Positions 40,585-48,378 of a stretch of 64,000 nt of DNA are shown piece after piece. Position numbers and translations under genes: made by a program. Below the pieces are notes generated by a model. That model made no database searches. It was not told the origin of the DNA and saw only the letters and a program-made list of their open reading frames with translations. Each line of letters opens with the position of its first letter. The stretch's first letter is position 1. Source of the stretch: Candidatus Nanopelagicales bacterium (GTDB taxonomy: Bacteria; Actinomycetota; Actinomycetes; S36-B12); the NCBI GenBank assembly GCA_049431945.1, contig JBMTDJ010000004.1, positions 807-64,806 of the forward strand, given 5' to 3'.

Positions 40585-40664
40585 CCGTCGGTGCAGCCAC
40601 TCCCGCCGCTGTACGACGTGCCGCGGATCGAGCGAGCGATCTCGCCGAACTCGATGCGGCGATC

Positions 40665-41309
40665 GTGCAGTGCCGCGCCTGTCCGCGGCTCGTGCGCTGG
40701 TGCGAGCAGGTGGCGCGCGAGAGACGTGCCGCCTACCGGGACGAGGAGTACTGGGCGCGGCCGATCACCGGGTTCGGCGACCCGCGTCCGGGCGTGCTCA
40801 TCGTCGGGCTGGCGCCTGCGGCGCACGGGGCCAACCGCACGGGGCGGGTATTCACCGGCGATCGCAGCGGCGACTGGCTCTTCGCCTCGCTGCACCGCGT
40901 CGGTGCTGCCGCGCTGCCGACGTCGATCTCAGCCGATGATGGGCAGTGGCTCGACGACGTTCGCATCACGGCCGCGGTGCGCTGCGCACCACCCGGCAAT
41001 GCACCGACGCCGAAGGAGCGCGACACCTGCGCTCCGTGGCTCGTCCGCGAGATCGCGCTCACGGCGCCGCGCGTACTCGTCGCGCTCGGAGGATTCGCGT
41101 GGCAGTCCGTCCTGCGGGCACTCGCCGATCTGGGGGAGCCGTTGCCCTCACCACGACCGAAGTTCGGCCATGGTGTGTCGGCGCAGGTGCGCGACAGGTG
41201 GGTCCTGGGCTGCTACCACCCGAGTCAGCAGAACACGTTCACCGGACGGCTCACCGAGTCCATGCTCGACGAGGTCCTCGCCCGAGCCCGCGAACTCGCC
41301 GCGCCCTAG
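40665..41309 (+). CDS. udgB: Uracil-DNA glycosylase, family 5 (UdgB-like); the true start is probably upstream
   Basis: CRACPRLV.W...VA...R.A...[38 protein letters not shown]...RCAPPGN.PT..E...C.PWL and [16 protein letters not shown] match my recollection of Rv1259. The frame is open upstream, but 40665 is the first ATG/GTG/TTG. Confidence 0.85.
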   Translation: MQCRACPRLVRWCEQVARERRAAYRDEEYWARPITGFGDPRPGVLIVGLAPAAHGANRTGRVFTGDRSGDWLFASLHRVGAAALPTSISADDGQWLDDVRITAAVRCAPPGNAPTPKERDTCAPWLVREIALTAPRVLVALGGFAWQSVLRALADLGEPLPSPRPKFGHGVSAQVRDRWVLGCYHPSQQNTFTGRLTESMLDEVLARARELAAP

Positions 41310-41316
41310 GCGATCC

Positions 41317-41334
41317 GGTCGCGCCGCCGCGACC
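41317..41334. terminator. GC hairpin GGTCGCG-ccgc-CGCGACC between convergent udgB and the tRNA gene
   Basis: Perfect 7-bp stem read directly, 7 nt after the udgB stop and 34 nt beyond the 3' end of the tRNA. Confidence 0.4.
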
Positions 41335-41368
41335 GTCGCCGGGAGGGCCCGTGCCACCCGGGTAACGG

Positions 41369-41442
41369 TGCCTCCGGAGGGGATCGAACCCTCACTGGAC
41401 CGGGTTTAAGCCGGGCGTCTCTGCCAATTGGACTACGGAGGC
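41369..41442 (-). tRNA. tRNA with UAA anticodon (nominally Leu/UUA) but class-I architecture (5-nt variable loop)
   Basis: Reverse complement: GCCTCCG-TA-GTCC-AATTGGCAG-AGAC-G-CCCGG-CTTAAAC-CCGGT-CCAGT-GAGGG-TTCGATC-CCCTC-CGGAGGC-A. The acceptor stem is 7/7 paired and the T arm 5/5. GG is present in the D loop. The anticodon stem has 4 GC pairs plus C27/U43. Only CC of CCA follows. Confidence 0.8.
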
Positions 41443-41609
41443 CCTCCAAGCCTAGGCGCCTACGCACAGGGTGCTCCGACCCCGGATCGCGGGGCGCCCC
41501 GCTCGTGGGGATTGCTTCCGGGCCCGAATCGGTTAACGTGGAGAGGAAGCGGGCGAGTGCCCGCTCCACGGGGCGGGGATACCTGCCCCGCCACCGCAGG
41601 AGGAGAACC

Positions 41610-42518
41610 ATGCAGACGGCCAACCCCGTCCTCGCCCGTATCGACCGCGACGCCGCCCAGGCCAGCCGCTCAGGGGCCGGGTTCGCCTACGAGGAGGGCC
41701 GCAGTGCGGTCGCCTCGGCCCAGTTCGGTGCCGCCGCCCCCGAGCCAACGCCGGCTCCGGCCCCCGTGCGGGGGGCGGGTGACGCGGGCATCTATACCGG
41801 CGTACAGATCCCGGCGCCAGCCGGCCAGCGGGTGACCTACGCCGACGTCATGGTCAAGTCCGCGATCCTCTTCGGCATCGCCGTCGTCATGGCATTCGCG
41901 GGCTGGACGATCACCGAAGCGATGCCCGGTGTCGGCACGCTGATCGTCTTCGGTGCGCTCATCGGCACGCTCGTCCTCGGCCTGGTCAACGCCTTCAAGC
42001 GGAAGGTCAGTCCGCCGCTCACGATTCTCTACGCCGCCGTCTCCGGCATCATGCTCGGCGCCGTGAGCTACTGGTACAACCAGCTCGCGCTCGCTTCCGA
42101 CTACGAGGGTCTGGTCCTCCAGGCGGTACTCGCGACCTTCACCACCTTCGGCGTCATGCTCCTTCTCTTCGGCACGGGCATCGTCAAGGTCACCAACAAG
42201 TTCGTGAAGTTCATGATGGTGGCGATGGTGTCGTACTTCTTCATCGCCATCGCTTCCCTCGTGGCCGCGATGTTCGGCGTGGGTGGCGGATGGGGCTTCT
42301 ACGGCGTCGGCACCCTCGGCCTGCTCCTGTGCGTCTTCGGCGTCGGCCTCGCTGCCTTCAGCCTGATGCTCGACTTCGAGGCGATCAAGCAGGGCATCGC
42401 GATGGGACTGCCCGAGCGCGAGTCGTGGCGGATGTCCTTCGGTCTGCTCGTCACGCTGGTGTGGCTCTACCTGGAGTTCCTGCGCCTCTTCGCGCTTATC
42501 GCTGCCGGTCGCGAGTAG
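41610..42518 (+). CDS. Bax inhibitor-1 / YccA family membrane protein
   Basis: Track ORF 41505..42518, trimmed to ATG 41610 with SD AGGAGGA 5 nt upstream. A soluble N-terminal ~70 aa is followed by 7 hydrophobic helices. The C-terminal block is LDFEAIKQG....WRMSFGLLVTLVWLYLEFLRL. Confidence 0.88.
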   Translation: MQTANPVLARIDRDAAQASRSGAGFAYEEGRSAVASAQFGAAAPEPTPAPAPVRGAGDAGIYTGVQIPAPAGQRVTYADVMVKSAILFGIAVVMAFAGWTITEAMPGVGTLIVFGALIGTLVLGLVNAFKRKVSPPLTILYAAVSGIMLGAVSYWYNQLALASDYEGLVLQAVLATFTTFGVMLLLFGTGIVKVTNKFVKFMMVAMVSYFFIAIASLVAAMFGVGGGWGFYGVGTLGLLLCVFGVGLAAFSLMLDFEAIKQGIAMGLPERESWRMSFGLLVTLVWLYLEFLRLFALIAAGRE

Positions 42519-42520
42519 CC

Positions 42521-42832
42521 GTGATCGATGACGTGAGTGTCGAGTTGGCCCGCGTCGTCGATCGGCTGCGGTCGATGCCACTGGCCCGGCTGTCTCGTCC
42601 GTCGGGTGAACACTCATCACTCGCCGAAGGCGCCCGGGCGCTGGCTCAGCGGTTGGCGGATCAGGCTGTGAACATCGGCGGATGGCCACGACATGAGGTC
42701 CCCGATGTTGGTGATGCTGCGGTCGGGGATCAGGTAGCCGTGACAGGCCGGGATCTGCTGGGCCTATCGCCGGGCGATGACGTTCTCGCGGGCGCTGCCG
42801 CAGACCTGAGGGCGTTCCGTCTCAGTATGTGA
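42521..42832 (+). CDS. Hypothetical protein (103 aa)
   Basis: GTG 2 nt after the BI-1 stop. Codon usage looks coding and no homolog is recognised. It overlaps the 3' end of the convergent SGNH gene by 11 nt. Confidence 0.45.
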   Translation: MIDDVSVELARVVDRLRSMPLARLSRPSGEHSSLAEGARALAQRLADQAVNIGGWPRHEVPDVGDAAVGDQVAVTGRDLLGLSPGDDVLAGAAADLRAFRLSM

Positions 42833-43637
42833 CGTCGCTGTCCGTGGTGAGCGCGGGAAGGATCTCGCCCTCACCGCCGAGCCGCCAGGCTGCGATGACC
42901 TCGGGTAGCAGGGCCTGAGCGGCCGCGGCGTACCCCTCGGTCGAAGGGTGGAAGCGATCCTCAGCGAACATCACATCCGGTCGCTCATCGAACTCCGGGC
43001 CCAGACGTGAGCCGAGCGACACCGGGCGCCCGCCCTCGGCCAGGGTTGCATCGGCTTGGGCCGCAGCGAGCTTGCGGGATGAACGACGCATAACGGTGCG
43101 GAGAGGCTGGGGGACGGGTTTGACGGTGCCGAGATCCGGGCAGGTGGCGACGACAACCTCGGTCCCGCTGTCGCGCAGCCGGGCTACGGCTTGCCTCAGC
43201 CGGCGAGCCGAGATGGCTCGCGGCACGAGGTGGGTGACGTCGTTAGCGCCGATCATGACGACGGCCACATGGGGTCGGGTCCACAACGCCCGATCTATCT
43301 GCCCCTGGAGATCAGCAGTCTGCGCGCCAATCACTGCATGATTGCTCAAGGTCACCGTCCGCCCGGACACCTCGGAGAGGGCGACTGCCAGGATGGCACC
43401 CATCGTGTCTTCGGGGCGCGCAGCACCCAGTCCCGCGGCACCGGAGTCGCCGAGCACTGCCAGTCGGATGGATGTGCCGGGGCCGCTGCCGTACCTGCCA
43501 TCGGCGTACGGAGCCGTCGTGGTTCTCGGTCCGATGCGCCGCCTGGCCTCGAGCGCCTGGGCGGTGAGCAGGCCGGCAGCGGCCACAGCGGTGGCTCCCG
43601 CAGCGGCGGCAGCGCGGGTGAGGGGTCCGGTGCGCAT
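42822..43637 (-). CDS. SGNH/GDSL hydrolase family esterase (Rv1075c-like)
   Basis: Track ORF 42822..43991, trimmed to MRTGPLTRAAAAAG (signal/anchor). LAVLGDSGAAGLG (block I GDS), IGANDV (block III) and DRFHPS (block V DxxH). Confidence 0.88.
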   Translation of the reverse strand: MRTGPLTRAAAAAGATAVAAAGLLTAQALEARRRIGPRTTTAPYADGRYGSGPGTSIRLAVLGDSGAAGLGAARPEDTMGAILAVALSEVSGRTVTLSNHAVIGAQTADLQGQIDRALWTRPHVAVVMIGANDVTHLVPRAISARRLRQAVARLRDSGTEVVVATCPDLGTVKPVPQPLRTVMRRSSRKLAAAQADATLAEGGRPVSLGSRLGPEFDERPDVMFAEDRFHPSTEGYAAAAQALLPEVIAAWRLGGEGEILPALTTDSDVTY

Positions 43638-44359
43638 TAGGTGGTCCGTGAGGCCCTGGCGAGGAAGCTGCGCACCTGCTCTCGCGCGTTGTCGCGGATC
43701 TCGGGACCGTGGGTGAAGGCGGCCATTGAGTAGTCGATCTCTCCTAGCACGTGGGCCGTATGCACGTTCTGCCGGAAGGATGTGCACGCGAGTTTCGTCG
43801 GCCAGGACATGCGCGCGTTCATATTGAAGATGCTGTCGCCGGTGATCAGCAGTCCACTCGACTGATGGAGCAGTGAGATGTGTCCGGGAGTGTGGCCGGG
43901 CGTGTGCAGCACGCGCACCCCGCCGGCGATGGGTAGCTCCTGCCCATCGTGCAACTCCTGGCTGACAGTGGTCGACCGGAAGTCGCCCCACGGCGCTCGC
44001 CCGAGCAGGCGACCGGCGGTCGAGGTTGAATCCCCTGGGGGTCGTGTGCCGGACCTTACGAAGCCTGCGTCGTCAGCGTGCACGTCAATGCCTGTAGCGG
44101 ATGTCTCATCGACCATCTGGGCCGCGCCGCCAGCATGATCGAAGTGCGCGTGGGTGAGCACGATCCGCTGCACGTCGCGCGGGTGCTTGCCGATCGAATC
44201 GAGGGCGTTGACGATGCGCTTGGGGGCGCGTTTGAGACCGCAGTCGACAAGGGTGACTGACCCGTCGCCCTCGATGAAAGCGAAGGAATTGATGAAGTCG
44301 CCCATCGTCGGGATGCGGTAGATGTTGTCGGCGAGGGCGACGGCGGGTGTGCGGGCCAC
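43637..44359 (-). CDS. MBL-fold metallo-hydrolase
   Basis: Track ORF 43637..44908, trimmed to GTG 44359 (VARTPAVALADNIYRIP). THAHFDHAGG (HxHxDH) and HTPGHTPGH motifs. The stop shares one nt with the SGNH start (TAATG). Confidence 0.85.
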   Translation of the reverse strand: MARTPAVALADNIYRIPTMGDFINSFAFIEGDGSVTLVDCGLKRAPKRIVNALDSIGKHPRDVQRIVLTHAHFDHAGGAAQMVDETSATGIDVHADDAGFVRSGTRPPGDSTSTAGRLLGRAPWGDFRSTTVSQELHDGQELPIAGGVRVLHTPGHTPGHISLLHQSSGLLITGDSIFNMNARMSWPTKLACTSFRQNVHTAHVLGEIDYSMAAFTHGPEIRDNAREQVRSFLARASRTT

Positions 44360-44383
44360 GGGCCCAGCGTAGGCTCTCCTGCC

Positions 44384-45748
44384 ATGCGCGTGGTCGACTC
44401 CGTGGTGGAACTCATCGGCGGTACCCCTCTGGTCAGGCTTCACCGGGTCGCCGAGGGCATCGCCTGCCCCGTCTACGCCAAGGTCGAGTACCTCAATCCG
44501 GGTGGGTCCGTGAAGGATCGGATCGCAACGCGCATGATCGAGGCCGCGGAGCAGGAGGGCCTCATCGGCCCGGGTGGCACGATCGTGGAGCCCACGAGCG
44601 GCAACACCGGGGTGGGTCTGGCGATCGTCGCGCAGCAGAAGGGGTATCGCTGCATCTTCGTGTGCCCCGACAAGGTGTCCAAAGACAAGCAGGACGTCTT
44701 GCGTGCCTACGGCGCTGAGGTCATCGAATGCCCGACCGCTGTAGACCCGGAGGACCCGCGCTCGTACTACTCGGTGAGCGATCGCCTGGCTCGCGAGATC
44801 CCCGGGGCCTGGAAGCCCGACCAGTACTCCAACCCCAACAACCCGCGCTCGCACTACGAGACCACGGGCCCGGAGATCTGGGAACAGACCGACGCGCGCG
44901 TGACGCACTTCGTCGCGGGGGCGGGCACCGGGGGCACGATCACCGGTGTCGGGCGATACCTCAAGGAGGTGTCCGACGGGCGTGTGCGCATCATCGCCGC
45001 CGACCCTGAGGGCTCGGTCTACTCCGGCGGCACCGGGCGGCCGTATCTCGTCGAGGGCGTCGGCGAGGACTTCTGGCCGGCGACGTACGACGCCACCGTT
45101 GCCGACGAGGTGATCGCGGTGAGCGATCGGGACTCATTCGAGATGACCCGCCGTCTGGCGCGCGAGGAGGGGCTGCTCGTCGGTGGATCCTGCGGCATGG
45201 CAGTCGTGGCGGCACTCGACGTGGCTCGCAGGGCGGGCGCCGACGACATGGTCGTCGTACTCCTGCCTGACAGTGGTCGCGGCTACCTCTCCAAAGTCTT
45301 CAATGATGAGTGGCTCGCGTCCTACGGATTCGGCGCACCGGTGAGCGATCGCACGGTGGGCGACGTCCTGCGGGGCAAGTCGGGCGACCTGCCGCACTTC
45401 GTCCACGCGCATCCGACCGAGTCGGTCCGCGAGGCCATCGACACGCTGCGCGAGTTCGGGGTCTCCCAGATGCCCGTCGTCCGCGCTGAGCCACCGATCA
45501 TGGCCGCTGAAGTCGTCGGCTCCGTCGTCGAGCGCGACCTGCTCGATGCGCTCTTCGCCGGAAAGGCATCCCTCGCCGACACGCTGGATCAGCACATGTC
45601 CGCGAAACTGCCACAGGTGGGAGCGGGCGAGCCGGTGTCTGCCGCCGTCGCGGCGTTGGAGTCCTCCGACGCCATCCTCGTGCTCGATGACGGCAAGCCC
45701 GTAGGTGTGCTCTCCCGCCAGGACCTGCTCGGCTACCTCGCGGGTTGA
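44384..45748 (+). CDS. cbs: Cystathionine beta-synthase (PLP domain plus C-terminal CBS pair)
   Basis: KVEYLNPGGSVKDRIA, EPTSGNTGVGLA and GTGGTITG motifs. The C-terminal ~120 aa form a tandem CBS-domain region. Same position as Rv1077. Confidence 0.93.
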   Translation: MRVVDSVVELIGGTPLVRLHRVAEGIACPVYAKVEYLNPGGSVKDRIATRMIEAAEQEGLIGPGGTIVEPTSGNTGVGLAIVAQQKGYRCIFVCPDKVSKDKQDVLRAYGAEVIECPTAVDPEDPRSYYSVSDRLAREIPGAWKPDQYSNPNNPRSHYETTGPEIWEQTDARVTHFVAGAGTGGTITGVGRYLKEVSDGRVRIIAADPEGSVYSGGTGRPYLVEGVGEDFWPATYDATVADEVIAVSDRDSFEMTRRLAREEGLLVGGSCGMAVVAALDVARRAGADDMVVVLLPDSGRGYLSKVFNDEWLASYGFGAPVSDRTVGDVLRGKSGDLPHFVHAHPTESVREAIDTLREFGVSQMPVVRAEPPIMAAEVVGSVVERDLLDALFAGKASLADTLDQHMSAKLPQVGAGEPVSAAVAALESSDAILVLDDGKPVGVLSRQDLLGYLAG

Positions 45749-45766
45749 TGTCCCGCTAGCCCCGAC

Positions 45767-46111
45767 TCAGAAGTACAGGCGGCGTACCTCCTGCGGCCAG
45801 CCGCAGGCGACCGCCACCTTGCCCGCCCACATCCGGGCTTCCGAATCATCGGCGACGTCGACGATCGTGAGTCCGCCGATGTACTCCACGCCGGTGCGGT
45901 AGGGGCCGTCTGAGATGACCAGCTCCCCGCTCGTGTCATCGGCGTGCCCGGCCTGCGTGAGATCCTCGTCGACCCCGCCCGCGACGACCAGGACACCGGC
46001 TTCGCGCATTTCGTCCACCACAGCGTGTGCGAGCGGGGCGCGGCTGGCGTACCACTCCTCGGGGTGATCGCCGACCCACTGCTGGTTGAAGTAGATGATG
46101 TAGTGCGGCAT
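45767..46111 (-). CDS. YCII-related (DGPF) domain protein
   Basis: Trimmed to MPHYIIYFNQQW with SD GAGGAG upstream. The DGPY/F core (SDGPYRTGVEYIGG) is typical of YciI-like proteins. Confidence 0.75.
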   Translation of the reverse strand: MPHYIIYFNQQWVGDHPEEWYASRAPLAHAVVDEMREAGVLVVAGGVDEDLTQAGHADDTSGELVISDGPYRTGVEYIGGLTIVDVADDSEARMWAGKVAVACGWPQEVRRLYF

Positions 46112-46127
46112 CTGCTGCTCCTCGTCG

Positions 46128-46793
46128 TTAGAGGGCCGGGAGTGCAAGGCCGGTGTTGGCGTGGCAGCGGTATCCGTTGGGGACCTTGTAGAGGTACTGC
46201 TGGTGGTATCCCTCGGCGAAGTAGTACGGCCACTCGGCCGCGGGAGCGACCTGGGTCGTGATCTCGCCGTATCCGCGCTCAGCGATCACCCCGGCGTACG
46301 CCGCTGACGTCCGCTCGACCATGTCCCGCTGCTCATCGGTGGTGTAGTAGACGGCGCTACGGTACTGCGTGCCGGTGTCATTGCCCTGGCGGTATCCCTG
46401 AGTCGGATCGTGGCTCTCCCAGAAGTGCTTAAGCACGTCGTAGGTGGAGATTTCATCCGCGCGATAGGCGATGCAGACGGCCTCGGTGTGGCCGGTCCGG
46501 CCCGTGCACACCTCCTCGTACGTCGGATGCGGCGTGAAGCCGCCCTGGTACCCGACCGAGGTTGTGTAGACGCCGGGCAGGCGCCAGTAGATCTCCTCCG
46601 CGCCCCAGAAGCAGCCCATGCCGAGGTAAATCACTGAGAGATCGCCGGGCCACGGCGTCTCGGGCAGGTTGCGCAGGGGAGTCCCGAGCACCGCGTGGTC
46701 CGCCGGGATCTCGAACGGGTAGTGGTCCCTGCCCGGTAGGGCGGCATCGGGCGTCACCATCTGCGACTTGGCGGAGGAGAAGAGGAAGGCCAT
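46128..46793 (-). CDS. msrA: Peptide-methionine (S)-S-oxide reductase MsrA
   Basis: Trimmed to MAFLFSSAKSQ. GMGCFWGAE catalytic motif, GY.GG.TP.PTYEEVC.G.TGH.E and YHQQYL. Confidence 0.94.
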   Translation of the reverse strand: MAFLFSSAKSQMVTPDAALPGRDHYPFEIPADHAVLGTPLRNLPETPWPGDLSVIYLGMGCFWGAEEIYWRLPGVYTTSVGYQGGFTPHPTYEEVCTGRTGHTEAVCIAYRADEISTYDVLKHFWESHDPTQGYRQGNDTGTQYRSAVYYTTDEQRDMVERTSAAYAGVIAERGYGEITTQVAPAAEWPYYFAEGYHQQYLYKVPNGYRCHANTGLALPAL

Positions 46794-46845
46794 GGCCCTG
46801 AGTATGCCCCTTGCCACCCGGCAGCGCCCCTGGGAGCATCGAGGG

Positions 46846-47217
46846 ATGACGAATCCGATCACCCTCTCGGCCGAGTGGCTCGCTCCCGGTGCGGTCGACG
46901 CCGTGTCGACGATCATCGAGGGATCGCTCGCCCAGCAGGGAGGTCACGTCCAGGGACTCGATGCCGACTTCGGCAGCGCGATCAAGATGCGCCTGCTGGG
47001 CACGATGTTCTCCGGCACGGAGGACAACCTGCCCTTCCATCTGCACATCGACGTGCGCCCTGGATCAGGGGTCGACGAAGCTCATGTGCGCGTGGATATG
47101 CGCTCGACCGAAGGCTGGTACGCGTTCCGCTTCGGATTCGTCGATGACCAGTACCGCCAGCGCTTCGACGAGGTCGTAGGCCGCCTCCGTGCCGCGACCG
47201 GAGAGGTCTCCGCCTAG
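46846..47217 (+). CDS. Hypothetical protein (123 aa)
   Basis: Track ORF 46768..47217, trimmed to MTNPITLSAEW so that it does not overlap the msrA start. No homolog recognised. Confidence 0.5.
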   Translation: MTNPITLSAEWLAPGAVDAVSTIIEGSLAQQGGHVQGLDADFGSAIKMRLLGTMFSGTEDNLPFHLHIDVRPGSGVDEAHVRVDMRSTEGWYAFRFGFVDDQYRQRFDEVVGRLRAATGEVSA

Positions 47218-47226
47218 GCTCATCCC

Positions 47227-48378
47227 ATGACGTCCTGGGATGAGGCCGGCTTCGAGACGCGCGCGATTCACGCGGGCCAGGAGCCCGACCCCCAGACCGG
47301 CGCGGTCGTTCCCCCGGTCTACCAGGTCTCGACGTATGCCCAGGACGGAGTGGGGGGCCTGCGCGGGGGCTACGAGTACTCGCGCAGTGGCAATCCCACG
47401 CGCACGGCGCTCGAGGAGTGCCTGGCCTCGCTCGAGTGTGGTGCACGCGGGCTCGCCTTCGCCTCCGGCCTGGCTGCCGAGGACACCCTTCTGCGCACGG
47501 TGGGTGCACCTGGCTCGCACGCGATCATCGGCAATGACGCATACGGCGGCACCTATCGGCTCTTCGCCAAGGTGGCCGAGCCGTGGGGGCTGAATCACAC
47601 TCCCGTCGACCTCACGGATCTCGATGCTGTGCGCTCGGCTGTGTGTGGTGGCACTCGCATCATCTGGGCCGAGACGCCGACGAATCCGCTGCTCACCGTT
47701 GTGGACATCGCGGCGCTGGCCGAGATCGCTCACGACGCGGGCGCGCTGCTCGTCGTCGACAACACCTTCGCATCGCCGTACCTCCAGCAGCCGCTCGTGC
47801 TCGGGGCGGACATCGTCGTCCACTCGACGACGAAGTACCTCGGCGGCCACAGCGATGTCGTCGGGGGCGCGCTAGTCGTGGCGGACGCCGAGTTGGGGGA
47901 TCGCCTCGCCTATCACCAGAATGCGATGGGGTCCGTACCTGGCCCGTGGGACTCGTGGCTGGTGCTCCGGGGGATCAAGACGCTCGGGGTGCGCATGGAT
48001 CGGCACAGTGCCAACGCGCGAGCGATCGTGGAGCTGCTCACGGGGCATCCCCGTGTCACACAGGTCTTCTACCCGGGACTCGAAGGACATCGCGGTCACG
48101 ACATTGCGAGTCGGCAGATGCGCGACTTCGGCGGCATGGTCTCGTTCAGGGCAGCAGGCGGTGAGCAGGAGGCCGTCGATATCTGTGCGCGAACCAAGGT
48201 CTTCACGCTCGGCGAATCCCTCGGTGGTGTCGAGTCGCTTATCGAGCACCCCGGTCGCATGACCCATGCGTCGGCCGCCGGCAGTCCGCTCGAGGTTCCC
48301 GCTGACCTGGTGAGACTGTCGGTCGGCATCGAGTCGATGGACGATCTTGTCGCTGACCTCAAGCAGGCGCTCGGATGA
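47227..48378 (+). CDS. metB: Cystathionine gamma-synthase / gamma-lyase (Cys/Met PLP family)
   Basis: YSRSGNPTR, VVDNTFASPYLQQPL and HSTTKYLGGHSDVVGG (PLP lysine). Same position as Rv1079. Confidence 0.94.
   Translation: MTSWDEAGFETRAIHAGQEPDPQTGAVVPPVYQVSTYAQDGVGGLRGGYEYSRSGNPTRTALEECLASLECGARGLAFASGLAAEDTLLRTVGAPGSHAIIGNDAYGGTYRLFAKVAEPWGLNHTPVDLTDLDAVRSAVCGGTRIIWAETPTNPLLTVVDIAALAEIAHDAGALLVVDNTFASPYLQQPLVLGADIVVHSTTKYLGGHSDVVGGALVVADAELGDRLAYHQNAMGSVPGPWDSWLVLRGIKTLGVRMDRHSANARAIVELLTGHPRVTQVFYPGLEGHRGHDIASRQMRDFGGMVSFRAAGGEQEAVDICARTKVFTLGESLGGVESLIEHPGRMTHASAAGSPLEVPADLVRLSVGIESMDDLVADLKQALG

Noticed and set aside
40591-41409. 272-aa ORF in the +1 frame over udgB and into the tRNA
   Set aside because: The product is Arg/Ser/Pro-rich with no motif. 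It overlaps the clearly conserved UdgB frame and a tRNA gene. Only its first ~15 codons are kept as an alternative explanation for the udgB start problem.
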